Positions 27,333-35,574 of a DNA stretch of 39,473 bases are shown one piece after another. Both the position numbers and the translations under genes were made by a program. Each line of letters opens with the position of its first letter. Position 1 is the stretch's first letter. This DNA comes from Thermoanaerobaculia bacterium (GTDB taxonomy: Bacteria; Acidobacteriota; Thermoanaerobaculia; UBA5066). The notes beneath the pieces were generated by a model. It did no database searches. It saw nothing but the letters and a program-made list of their open reading frames with translations, and was not told where the DNA came from. The stretch covers positions 1 to 39,473 of the forward strand of contig JBDSFL010000342.1 of the NCBI GenBank assembly GCA_039919545.1, written 5' to 3'.

Positions 27333-28472
27333 ATGCCGCCGATGCGCATCGGCCTCGTGATTCCGGGCGGGGTCGACCCGAGCGGCGAGGAACGGGTCAT
27401 CCCGGCGCTGCTCTGGCTGATCGAACGGCTCGCCCGCCGCCACGAGGTCCACGTCTTCTCGCTGTTCCAGCTCACCCGTGCGCAGACCTTCTCGTTTCGT
27501 GGCGCGCACGTTCACGATCTCGGATTCGCCGGACACCGTCGCTCGCTGCCCGGCTTCTTCCTGTGGTCATCCGGGCGGGCGCTGCGGAAGGAGATCGCGC
27601 AGGCCGGACCCTTCGACGTGCTGCACGCGTTCTGGGCGGACACCACGGGCGCCCTCGCGAGCGAGATCGGACGAGGCCTCGGGGTTCCGGTCCTCGTCAG
27701 CCTGGGGGGAGGCGAGCTCGTCTCGCTTCCCTCCATCGGTTACGGCGGCGCCTCCACGCTGCCGCGGCGCCTCCTCGTGCAGCGCACGCTCGCCCGCGCC
27801 GACCGGCTGAGCGCGGCCAGCGAGGAAATGCGGCAATCGGTGCAGGCGCTGGGCCTCCCGTGCGAGCTGGTGCCGCTCGGGGCGGACGCGGCGCTCTTCC
27901 ACGCCGATGTCGCGCGCCCGGAAGGACCGCCCTGGCGGCTCGTCCATGTCGCGGACCTGAACCCGGTGAAGGACCAGCCCACGCTGCTGCGCGCCCTGCG
28001 CTGGGTCGTGGATCGCGAGGCCAGCGTGCATCTCGACGTCCTCGGACAGGACACGCTCGGGGGCGCGATCCAGTCGCTCGCCGCCGAGCTGCGGCTGCAG
28101 GGACACGTCACGTTTCACGGGCGCCGCACGGTCGGGCAGCTCGTTCCCTTCTATCGAGGCGCGCACCTGCTGGTCCATTCTTCGCTACACGAGGCGGGTC
28201 CGCTGGTGGTGCTGGAAGCGGCGCTCGCCGGCTTGCCTGCGGTGGGCACGGCCGTCGGCACTCTGGCGGACCTTGCGCCGGAGCGCGCCGTCGCCGTTCC
28301 TCCCGGCGATGCCGAGGCGCTCGGGGCCGCGATCCTTTCTCTCCTGCGCGACGCCCCGCGACGTCGGGCGCTCGCGCGCCGTGCCCAGCAGTGGGCGCTC
28401 GCTCACGACGCCGATTTCACGGCGCGGCGCTTCGAGGAGATCTACCGCGAGCTCGTCGAGGGACGAGGGTGA
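27333..28472 (+). CDS. Glycosyltransferase family 4 (GT-B, Glycos_transf_1)
   Basis: ORF 26820..28472, trimmed to the ATG at 27333 (MPPMRIGLVIPGG...; an alternative ATG lies at 27342). The C-terminal GT4 block is LLVHSSLHEAGPLVVLEAALAGLPAVGTAVGTLADL (an EX7E-like motif). It is divergent from the GT9 gene, with a 130-nt shared upstream region. Confidence 0.85.
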   Translation: MPPMRIGLVIPGGVDPSGEERVIPALLWLIERLARRHEVHVFSLFQLTRAQTFSFRGAHVHDLGFAGHRRSLPGFFLWSSGRALRKEIAQAGPFDVLHAFWADTTGALASEIGRGLGVPVLVSLGGGELVSLPSIGYGGASTLPRRLLVQRTLARADRLSAASEEMRQSVQALGLPCELVPLGADAALFHADVARPEGPPWRLVHVADLNPVKDQPTLLRALRWVVDREASVHLDVLGQDTLGGAIQSLAAELRLQGHVTFHGRRTVGQLVPFYRGAHLLVHSSLHEAGPLVVLEAALAGLPAVGTAVGTLADLAPERAVAVPPGDAEALGAAILSLLRDAPRRRALARRAQQWALAHDADFTARRFEEIYRELVEGRG

Positions 28473-28533
28473 CGGGGAGCGAACGGCGCGGTCCCTCGCG
28501 GTCTCATGCCCATCGCCTAGACTGGAATACGAG

Positions 28534-29607
28534 ATGAGCGTCGGCGTCCAGGCCTCGCCGATCACGGTGAGGGCGTACCGTCCGGGAGACGAGACCGAGC
28601 TCGTCGCGCTCTTTGCGCGCGTGTTCGGAAAGCCGATCTCGGAGGCGCACTGGCGCTGGAAGCTCAAGGCGCACCGCTGCCCCGTGGAGAACGTCTGGCT
28701 CGCCGAGCAGGACGGGCGCATCGTCTTCCAGTACGCGGCCATTCCGGTGCGCGTGAAGGCACGCGACCGCGTCGTCACGGGCTTCATCTCCGTCGACACG
28801 ATGGTCGCCCCGGAAGTCCAGAAGCAGAGCCTGCTCACCCGCTTCGCTCCAGGCATCTACGAACACTGGAAGGCCGAGGGCATCGCGTTCGTCTGCGGCT
28901 CTCCCAACGAGCGCTGGGGCTCCATGCTGCGCACGCTCGGTCTCGTGCGGCTCTTCGATCTCGACTGGCTCATCCGTCCGCTCGCGCCCGAGAAGACCCT
29001 GGCGCGACGGCTGAGACTTCCTTTCCTTTCCCGCCTCTCGCTCGTGGGCGCGGTCACGAACGCGTTTTTCAACCGGGGCCTTCGCGACGGAAACCTCTTC
29101 GGGGTCTCGACGCGCGAGGTCACGTCGGCGGACGGCGCGTTCGACCGGCTGTGGGGGTCCGTCAGCCCGCGCTATGTCACGTCGCTCGTCCGCGACGCCG
29201 CGTTCGTGACGTGGCGCTTCTTCGATTCCCCCTCGTGCTCCTACCGGGTGCTCCTGGCCGAGCGCGACGGCGAGCCCGCGGGCTACCTGGCGTTCTGGAT
29301 CAAGGAACGCGCCGACGTGCGGGACGCGTATCTCGTCGAGCTGTTCTGCGCGCCGGACGATCGCGCGACGGCGGCGGCTCTCCTGCTGCGCGTGGTTGCG
29401 ATCGCACGGGAAGCCCGGGTCGAGAAGCTCCTGGCGCTGTCGGTGCCGGAGACCTTCCTCCATGAATTCTTCCACCACGCCGGCTTCCGGAAGGGGCCCG
29501 GCCGCTGGAACGTGGTGCTCTCCCCTTTCGATGCCGGCCTCGCGATGAACGATCTCTCGCAGCCCAGGAGCTGGTACTACGCCGGTGCCGATACCGACTA
29601 CGCTTAA
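28534..29607 (+). CDS. GNAT-superfamily acyltransferase, apparently two GNAT-like halves
   Basis: ORF 28273..29607, trimmed to the ATG at 28534. The N-terminal half reads ITVRAYRPGDETELVALFARVFG...VWLAEQDGRIVFQYAAIPV...DTMVAPEVQKQSLL. The C-terminal half reads YRVLLAERDGEPAGYLAFWIK...LVELFCAPDD...AAALLLRVVAIAREARVEKLLAL...HHAGFRK. The acetyl-CoA loop is degenerate, so the call is only moderate. Confidence 0.55.
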   Translation: MSVGVQASPITVRAYRPGDETELVALFARVFGKPISEAHWRWKLKAHRCPVENVWLAEQDGRIVFQYAAIPVRVKARDRVVTGFISVDTMVAPEVQKQSLLTRFAPGIYEHWKAEGIAFVCGSPNERWGSMLRTLGLVRLFDLDWLIRPLAPEKTLARRLRLPFLSRLSLVGAVTNAFFNRGLRDGNLFGVSTREVTSADGAFDRLWGSVSPRYVTSLVRDAAFVTWRFFDSPSCSYRVLLAERDGEPAGYLAFWIKERADVRDAYLVELFCAPDDRATAAALLLRVVAIAREARVEKLLALSVPETFLHEFFHHAGFRKGPGRWNVVLSPFDAGLAMNDLSQPRSWYYAGADTDYA

Positions 29608-30511
29608 GCGGCTGCTGCGTCCGGCGCTCGCCCCCGCACGCGCCTTCGTCGAAAGGTCCTGGCGCGCCTGCTTCTGGGCCTCGGGCCGCCTCGCGCGAAC
29701 TGCCACGCGGCGGTGGTCGTCGAGCGGGGGCCAGCGCGTGCTCGTCGTGGCCCCGCATCCGGACGACGAGACCGCGGGCTGCGGCGGCACCCTCATGGCG
29801 CACGTGGCGGCGGGAGACGAGGTGCACGCGCTCTTCGTCACCGATGGCCGTCGTTCCCGTGCGCTCGGCCTCGCCCCCGACGAGATGGCGGCGCGGCGAA
29901 GGGACGAGGCGCGAGGCGCGGTCGGGGCGCTCGGCCTCTCGGGTCACACCTGGCTCGGCCTCCGCGAAGGCGAGTGGGAGCTCGCGCAGGGGCAGCCGCT
30001 CCTGTCCGGATCGCTGAAGGCATTTCGTCCGGATGTCGTGTACGCCCCCTCGCGATTCGACTTCCATCCCGAGCACGTGAGAACGGCGTTCGCGCTCGGA
30101 TCCGTCCTCGCGGACTCGCTGCCGGCGAACGCGCGTGTCCGCATCTACGGCATCCAGGTCCCGCTCACGGCGATCCTCGTGAACCTCGTCTGCGCAACAG
30201 GCGCACCCGACGCGCTCGCCCCGGCGCTCTCGGCCTACGAGACGCAGGCCGCATCGCTTCTCGCCAGCGCGCGGCCGCATCTCCACGCGGCGGCGTACCA
30301 CGGGCTGGACGGCCTGGCCGAGGAGTTCTGGGAGCTTTCTCCCGCGGCCTACGCGGCGCTGCACGAGGGAGATCCGCCCGCGCGACCGTGGCTCCAGTTC
30401 CGAGGAATCCATCCGCAGCCGTGGAGCGATCCGCTGGCCTATCTCGTCGGCCGCGCGGCACGACGCGCCGCGCGGCGCCGCGTCAGCGCGGCTTCTATCG
30501 GCGGCGTCTGA
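29585..30511 (+). CDS. PIG-L / LmbE-family N-acetylglucosaminyl deacetylase
   Basis: The diagnostic zinc-binding motif is VLVVAPHPDDETAGCGGTL, followed by FVTDG and the later H-containing block FDFHPEHV. The GTG start overlaps the GNAT gene by 23 nt. Confidence 0.85.
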   Translation: MPIPTTLKRLLRPALAPARAFVERSWRACFWASGRLARTATRRWSSSGGQRVLVVAPHPDDETAGCGGTLMAHVAAGDEVHALFVTDGRRSRALGLAPDEMAARRRDEARGAVGALGLSGHTWLGLREGEWELAQGQPLLSGSLKAFRPDVVYAPSRFDFHPEHVRTAFALGSVLADSLPANARVRIYGIQVPLTAILVNLVCATGAPDALAPALSAYETQAASLLASARPHLHAAAYHGLDGLAEEFWELSPAAYAALHEGDPPARPWLQFRGIHPQPWSDPLAYLVGRAARRAARRRVSAASIGGV

Positions 30512-31193
30512 AGAGCAGCCGGAGGTAGCTGAAGCTCGTGCTCACGAAACCCATCTTCGACCGCCCCTCGGTCCGATAGATGAAATGAATCGGAGCCTCG
30601 TGGATGACGAGTCCCTTCCGGCACGCCAGGATCAGCATCTCCGGCAGGAACGCGAAGTCGTCGTTTTCATAGGGAAGCTCGCGCAGGACACTCGATCGAT
30701 AGACCCGGAAACCCGACGTCTTGTCGCCGATCGGGATGCCGAAGAAGAGCCGCATCCAGGCGTTGATCACCACGCTCAACGTTCGCTTCCAGAGCGGGAT
30801 TCCCTCCACAAGGTGGCCGGCGGCGACGCGCGAACCGATCACGATGTCGGCGCAGCGAGTCTTCAGCTCTTCGACCAGCCGGGGGATCTCCTCGGGCTGA
30901 TGGTTCAGGTCGGCATCGAGGGTGACGACCACGTCGGTGTCTGGCTGGAGCGCCGCGAACCCGCGGCGAAACGCATGACCGAGACCCGAGGGCGTCTCGC
31001 CGTAGAGCATCCGGATCGCGCCCAGCTCGGCCGCAAGTCCTTCGACGATCTGGCGTGTCCCATCCAGGCCATCGACGACGTAGAGGATCTCGAACGGCTC
31101 TCCCAGAGCGCTCAGCGTTCGATGCAGCCGGAGGGTCAGCTTCTCGATGTTTTCACGCTCGTCATAGGCGGCGATGACGACGGAGATCTTCAT
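30495..31193 (-). CDS. GT2 polyprenyl-phosphate glycosyltransferase (Ppm1/DPM1/ArnC-like)
   Basis: ORF 30495..31229, trimmed to the ATG at 31193. It reads MKISVVIAAYDERENIEKL...EILYVVDGLDGT...VVTLDADLNHQPEEIPRL, which is the DxD/DAD pattern. At 232 aa it is the short soluble GT2 typical of polyprenol-monophosphate sugar synthases. Confidence 0.8.
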   Translation of the reverse strand: MKISVVIAAYDERENIEKLTLRLHRTLSALGEPFEILYVVDGLDGTRQIVEGLAAELGAIRMLYGETPSGLGHAFRRGFAALQPDTDVVVTLDADLNHQPEEIPRLVEELKTRCADIVIGSRVAAGHLVEGIPLWKRTLSVVINAWMRLFFGIPIGDKTSGFRVYRSSVLRELPYENDDFAFLPEMLILACRKGLVIHEAPIHFIYRTEGRSKMGFVSTSFSYLRLLFRRRR

Positions 31194-31230
31194 CGTGGCG
31201 TCTCTCTCAGCAGACGCGCATGGTCTCACG

Positions 31231-32409
31231 TCAGGCCAAGCGATCCCGGCAGTAGCGTCCGAGCGCGCGCACGTACGTCATCGGACCTCCCGCGCCGGTA
31301 CCGTAGAGATTCTGGAGCACGGCCCGCTCGGGGAGCGCGTCGTAAAAGCGTCCCGCGGCGCTCGCGAGGTCCCGGCACAGGCCCAGCTCGGCGAGCAGGA
31401 GAAACCTCTTCTCTTCGCTCCCCGTCATGAGCCCTGGCCGCGACAGCCAGCGAAGCTGCCGGCCGGGCGCCGGTTGAAATCGCCCGAGCTCGGCGCGGAG
31501 TGCGTCCGGCAGCGCGCCCGGAAGACCCTTCTCGAAGAGCGCGGCCAGGCCCCACGCGGCCTCGCCCAGGTGCTCGCGCAGCACCGCGACCGTGTCCGCG
31601 CGCGGCTGCAGATGCGTGAGGTCGACGAGCTGGATGAGACGCAGGCCGCGCCCGATCGCGGCGGGGGCCGCGTGGGCGAACAGGTGAAGCGCGAGCGCGG
31701 CGTCGTCCGGAATCCGCGCGGTCACCGTGTCGCCCACGAAACCGTCCGAGAGCCTCTCGACGATCGAATCGGTGAGGTCCACGAAACGCCCGAGAAACCG
31801 CTCGCGCACCCGCTGATGCAGCTCGACGGGCCGAGGGTTGTCCGGATGCTCGCCGAAGCCGTCGGGCTCACGGTGCCCGGGCCGGATGTAAACGCGGTTC
31901 TTCCAGGACTCGTGGCGGAGGACGTAGCCCGACTCCTCGAGCAGGCGGGCCCAGGGCGCGAAGGTCTCGGCCGGCGCCAGGAGGTCGATGTCGGCCGCGG
32001 GGCGCAGCGAGAGATCGCGATAGCGCTCGGCGGCGAGGTAGGCGCCTTTCAAGGGAATGAGCGGCAGACCGCCGCGCTGCGCGGCGGCTCCCAGCGTCGA
32101 GAGGTCTTCGAGCAGGCGGCGCCCGCGCGCGCCCACTTGCTCCCTCTCGTGCCGCAGAGCCTCGGCATGCTCGGCCGGCAAGGTCCCGGGCTCGTTGTCG
32201 GTCAGGCGCGAAAGCAGGCCGGAGACGCCGTGCACGCGGGCGCAGAAGAGCAGCGTGTCGGCGCTCGCCCGATGGCGCCCCACGACGTCCGCGAGGGAAC
32301 CCAAGCTCCGGGCCGCAAGGGAACGCGCGGCGCCCCACGAGAGGGCGCCGAACTCAGGAGTCCGTCGCCGACGGCCCGCCTCGAGGACGAGAGGAAGGGA
32401 GATCGCCAC
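31231..32409 (-). CDS. Uncharacterised nucleotidyltransferase family protein (NTP_transf_5-like)
   Basis: The core LPLIPLKGAYLAAERYRDLSLRPAADIDLLAPAETFAPWARLLEESGYV matches the KG...Y......R...D.DLLV pattern of the PF14907-type family as I remember it. It has a GTG start and is 392 aa long. Confidence 0.6.
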   Translation of the reverse strand: MAISLPLVLEAGRRRRTPEFGALSWGAARSLAARSLGSLADVVGRHRASADTLLFCARVHGVSGLLSRLTDNEPGTLPAEHAEALRHEREQVGARGRRLLEDLSTLGAAAQRGGLPLIPLKGAYLAAERYRDLSLRPAADIDLLAPAETFAPWARLLEESGYVLRHESWKNRVYIRPGHREPDGFGEHPDNPRPVELHQRVRERFLGRFVDLTDSIVERLSDGFVGDTVTARIPDDAALALHLFAHAAPAAIGRGLRLIQLVDLTHLQPRADTVAVLREHLGEAAWGLAALFEKGLPGALPDALRAELGRFQPAPGRQLRWLSRPGLMTGSEEKRFLLLAELGLCRDLASAAGRFYDALPERAVLQNLYGTGAGGPMTYVRALGRYCRDRLA

Positions 32410-32485
32410 GAGCGGCGAGCGTAGCGTGCTCGACCGCTCGTGACGTCATCAAACCGCCCCGGCGGCCTTCTTCACTTGACCTGTT

Positions 32486-32812
32486 TTATTTCCAGTGGCC
32501 TTCCGCCCAGTACCAGCCCGCGCGCCCGCGATACCAGTGTCCGGAGACCCAGCGCGCCCGCCGGTTCGGTCGCCGCTCCCAATGTCCCGGAAACCAGGTG
32601 TAATCGTTGCCGTTCCAGACGTGGTGTCCGGCAATCCAGTAGTGGTCGTCTGCCGGACGAACGGTGAGCACCTCGCGCAGCGCCCGGGGGGGCGCCGTAC
32701 GCACGTAGACGACGTTGCGCGGCGGCGGCGGCGGACCGCAGGCCGTGAGCAGCGGTAAAGAGAGGGCGAAGCCCGCGAGCGCCACGAGTGAACCGCGTTT
32801 GATTCTGGCCAT
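32486..32812 (-). CDS. Small lipoprotein with WxxGHW-type repeats (108 aa)
   Basis: Within ORF 32486..33283. The ATG at 32812 has the best Shine-Dalgarno sequence in the window (AAGGAGG at 32820-32826 on the reverse strand, 7-nt spacer). Signal peptide and lipobox: MARIKRGSLVALAGFALSLPLLTAC. Four repeats are visible: YWIAGHHVW, YTWFPGHWE, RWVSGHWY and WYWAEGHWK. TAA stop. Confidence 0.7.
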   Translation of the reverse strand: MARIKRGSLVALAGFALSLPLLTACGPPPPPRNVVYVRTAPPRALREVLTVRPADDHYWIAGHHVWNGNDYTWFPGHWERRPNRRARWVSGHWYRGRAGWYWAEGHWK

Positions 32813-32870
32813 CTGGATTCCTCCTTTTGTGAAACGGGAAAGGTCATCGCGGCCACGCAAGACGCGCGCC

Positions 32871-33983
32871 ATGAACTCGTCGGGCGCATGTACACTTCGA
32901 CCGATGTCCGCAGGGCGCCTCGAAACCGATTCTCGCGGTGCCGCTTCCCCATCGGCCCTGCCGGACGAGGCTCCCGCGCGCACGCTGTTGATCCCGCTGC
33001 GCCGTTCGTTTGCCCTCCTCGCCGTCCTCGCTCTCGTCGGCGGCGCGGTCTCGGTGGCCGTGTCAGCGATTCGGCCGCAGTCTTTTCGAGCGGGAGCGAC
33101 GCTGCTCGTCGTGGAGCCGCGGCTCGGAGGAGGCGGGGTGGATTTCAATCTCACGCCCATCCGGTCGTATCTCGCATTGCTCACCTCACCTGCGCTCTGC
33201 GTGCCTTGCGCCGCGCAGCTGCCGGCCGCCGAACGGTCCGCGCGCGGCGGTCCGCGCGTGAAGGTGCGCATGCCGGAGAACACACGCCTCCTGGAAATTT
33301 CCTACGATGGCGCGAACGCGGCTGGCGCGACGGCGTTCGTGAACTGCGTGGCTTCGGGGGCGGAAGCCGAGAATCGCCGCTTGAACCTGGAGCTGCAGGG
33401 CCGGATGCGCAGCACGATCGACGATGCGCTCGCACCGGCCCACGCCGTCGTCGAGACCCTGGACGCGGAGCTGACGGCCGCGCGCGCGAAAGAGCTCGTC
33501 GAGCTGCGCCGGAAAGAGCTCCGGCAGGCCTTTGCCGAGCTCGAAACGAGCCGCGACGAGCGTCTCCGCGCGCGCCTCCAGCTTCCGCAGGCCATGGCGC
33601 GCGCGAAGAGCCTGGGCACGGGCGAGAAGGGCGCTGCGGAAGCGCGCGCCGACGCGGAGGCAGCACGGGCGCTGGCCACGGAGTCAGAAGCGGCCGGCCG
33701 TGAGGCCGAGCAGCGCGCGACGCGGCTCGAGCAGAGCCTCTCTCGAACGGAGGCCATGCTGGACCGGATGCGTCGTGGCCTCGAAGGCGCCGCGGCGGTG
33801 GAGGCAGAGATGCTCCGGCGCGGCCGGCTCGCGTCCATCGAGGGCGCGGCCAAGTCCTTCGACCTCATCACGGTGGTTCCGGCAACGAGCCGCTCGACTG
33901 CGCCTGCCGCATCCCTCGTCTTCGCGGCAGGCGCCCTGGCGACCTTCGTCCTCGGCGCTCTGGGCGTCCTCTCGCGCCCCTGA
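32871..33983 (+). CDS. Wzz-like polysaccharide co-polymerase / chain-length determinant (no kinase domain)
   Basis: ORF 32715..33983, trimmed to the ATG at 32871 (an alternative ATG lies at 32904). TM1 is FALLAVLALVGGAVSVAVSAI. It is followed by a Wzz-like segment (FRAGATLLVVEP...LTPIRSYLALLTS...RLLEISYDGANAAGATAFVN), a long coiled-coil, and a C-terminal TM (LVFAAGALATFVLGALGVL). Confidence 0.6.
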   Translation: MNSSGACTLRPMSAGRLETDSRGAASPSALPDEAPARTLLIPLRRSFALLAVLALVGGAVSVAVSAIRPQSFRAGATLLVVEPRLGGGGVDFNLTPIRSYLALLTSPALCVPCAAQLPAAERSARGGPRVKVRMPENTRLLEISYDGANAAGATAFVNCVASGAEAENRRLNLELQGRMRSTIDDALAPAHAVVETLDAELTAARAKELVELRRKELRQAFAELETSRDERLRARLQLPQAMARAKSLGTGEKGAAEARADAEAARALATESEAAGREAEQRATRLEQSLSRTEAMLDRMRRGLEGAAAVEAEMLRRGRLASIEGAAKSFDLITVVPATSRSTAPAASLVFAAGALATFVLGALGVLSRP

Positions 33984-34077
33984 CGGCTCGAGATGCAGCA
34001 AGGGGTCAGGATTTGGAAATCAAATTGAGCGCTTTCCGCGCCCGTTTGCGGCAGGCGCCGAGCGGCGGACCCCGCGC

Positions 34078-35574
34078 GTGACGACCCTGCACGAAAGGCT
34101 GCCCTCGCGTTCCCTGTATGCGCTGCTGATCGCGGTTTCGGCCGGCTCGGCGCTGCTGGGGTTCGTGCGCGAAGCGTCCATCGGAGCCCTCCACGGCGCC
34201 TCCCGCGGCACCGACGCGTATTACGCGGCTCTCACGATCCCCTTCACGGCGGCCTACTTCCTGGTGGGCGGCGCGCTCGCTCCCGCGCTCACCGCGGCCC
34301 TGGCCCGGCATTTCGCGATGGGAGATCGAGACGCGGCGGGGGCGCTCTTCGCCCGTTCGCTGCGCTCGTTCGTGCTGGCGGGCGGGTTTTCGGCGGTGAC
34401 GCTGGCGTTTCTCGCCCCGCACGCGGCGAGGTTCATCGTGCCGGGTTTCGACGCGGCGGGCATCGTGCTCACCGGCCGCCTCCTGCGAATCCTCGTGCTC
34501 TACGGCGCGCTGACCTCTCTCGGTCAGCTCGTCACGGCGGGCTTGATCGCGGCTGGCGCGTACCGGACAGCGCCGCTCGCGGTGCTGGCGGGCAATGCCG
34601 TCTCGCTGCTCGTCCTCCTGCTCCCGAGCGGACGGGCGAGCATCGAGTCCGCGGCCTGGGCCATGAATGCCGGCAGCGCGGTGTTCCTGATCGGCCTCCT
34701 CCCGCGTGCGTTCTCGCTCGGGCTCCTGGCTCAGCGGCCGCTCGCCTCGGCGCGCGTGCCGTGGCGGGAGGCCGCGACGCTCACGCTCTCTCTCTGCGCG
34801 GCGGGAGGCGTAGACCTCGCAGAGCGTCCGTTCGCGTCGACGGCGGGGGTGGGAGCGATCGCTCTCCTGGCGTTTGCATCGAAGCTCATCCATCTCCCGA
34901 TGCGCCTCTTCGCCGCGCCGCTGGCTTCGGTGGTGCTTCCTCGCTTCGCGCGCAGCCGCGTGCGGCCACCAGGCCCGTCCGACGAGGCCGGAGAGACGGC
35001 ATCCTGGGTGCTCCGTTTCCTTCTCTATGCAGCGGTGCTCACGGCCGGCGCGGCCGCACCGCTCGCGGCGCTCGCGTTCGGACGCGGCCACTTCGACGCC
35101 GCGGCCGTGGCGGCCCTCGGACGCGTGCTGGCGCTGCTCTCGCCGGCCATCGTCTTCATCGGCTTCATCGAGCTCGCCTCCAAGCTTCTCGTCGCCTCCG
35201 ACCGGGTGCGCGCCGTTGCCTGGGCGCAGGGCGCGGGCCTGCTGGCCTATCTCGTGGCCGCCCCCGCGCTGCGGGCGCAGGGCGTGACAGGGCTCGCGAT
35301 CGCGCGGGACATCGCCTGGGGGGTCGCGGCGCTGGGGCTGGCTCTTCCGCTCCTTCGCCCGCACACCTCTCTGCGCCCGTTCCGGCGGTTCGGAACGAGC
35401 GTGCTGGCGGCCTGCGTGACTCTTCCCGTGGCCGTGCTCGCCGTGCATCTGCCGGTCTCCCGGTCGAACCTCCTGGCCTGCGTGGCAGCCGGCGGACTCT
35501 CGGCCGCCGCGTTCAGCCTGATCCTGATGGGCGGGCCGTTGATGGCCCGGATTCGAAATGGACAGCGTCCCTAG
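34078..35574 (+). CDS. MurJ/MviN-family lipid-linked oligosaccharide flippase
   Basis: Within ORF 33532..35574, starting at the GTG at 34078. The N-terminal pattern GSALLGFVREASIGALHGASRGTDAYYAALTIPF matches the MurJ signature (LGF.R...IA..FGAS..TDA...A..IP). About 14 hydrophobic helices, 498 aa. Confidence 0.7.
   Translation: MTTLHERLPSRSLYALLIAVSAGSALLGFVREASIGALHGASRGTDAYYAALTIPFTAAYFLVGGALAPALTAALARHFAMGDRDAAGALFARSLRSFVLAGGFSAVTLAFLAPHAARFIVPGFDAAGIVLTGRLLRILVLYGALTSLGQLVTAGLIAAGAYRTAPLAVLAGNAVSLLVLLLPSGRASIESAAWAMNAGSAVFLIGLLPRAFSLGLLAQRPLASARVPWREAATLTLSLCAAGGVDLAERPFASTAGVGAIALLAFASKLIHLPMRLFAAPLASVVLPRFARSRVRPPGPSDEAGETASWVLRFLLYAAVLTAGAAAPLAALAFGRGHFDAAAVAALGRVLALLSPAIVFIGFIELASKLLVASDRVRAVAWAQGAGLLAYLVAAPALRAQGVTGLAIARDIAWGVAALGLALPLLRPHTSLRPFRRFGTSVLAACVTLPVAVLAVHLPVSRSNLLACVAAGGLSAAAFSLILMGGPLMARIRNGQRP

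Noticed and set aside
33984-34077. AT-rich stretch GGATTTGGAAATCAAATTGAGCGCTTTCC between the Wzz-like and MurJ-like genes, considered as a promoter or operator.
   Set aside because: I could not place a -35/-10 pair with sensible spacing. The only inverted repeat is a 5-bp GGAAA/TTTCC pair. That is too weak to call a feature.
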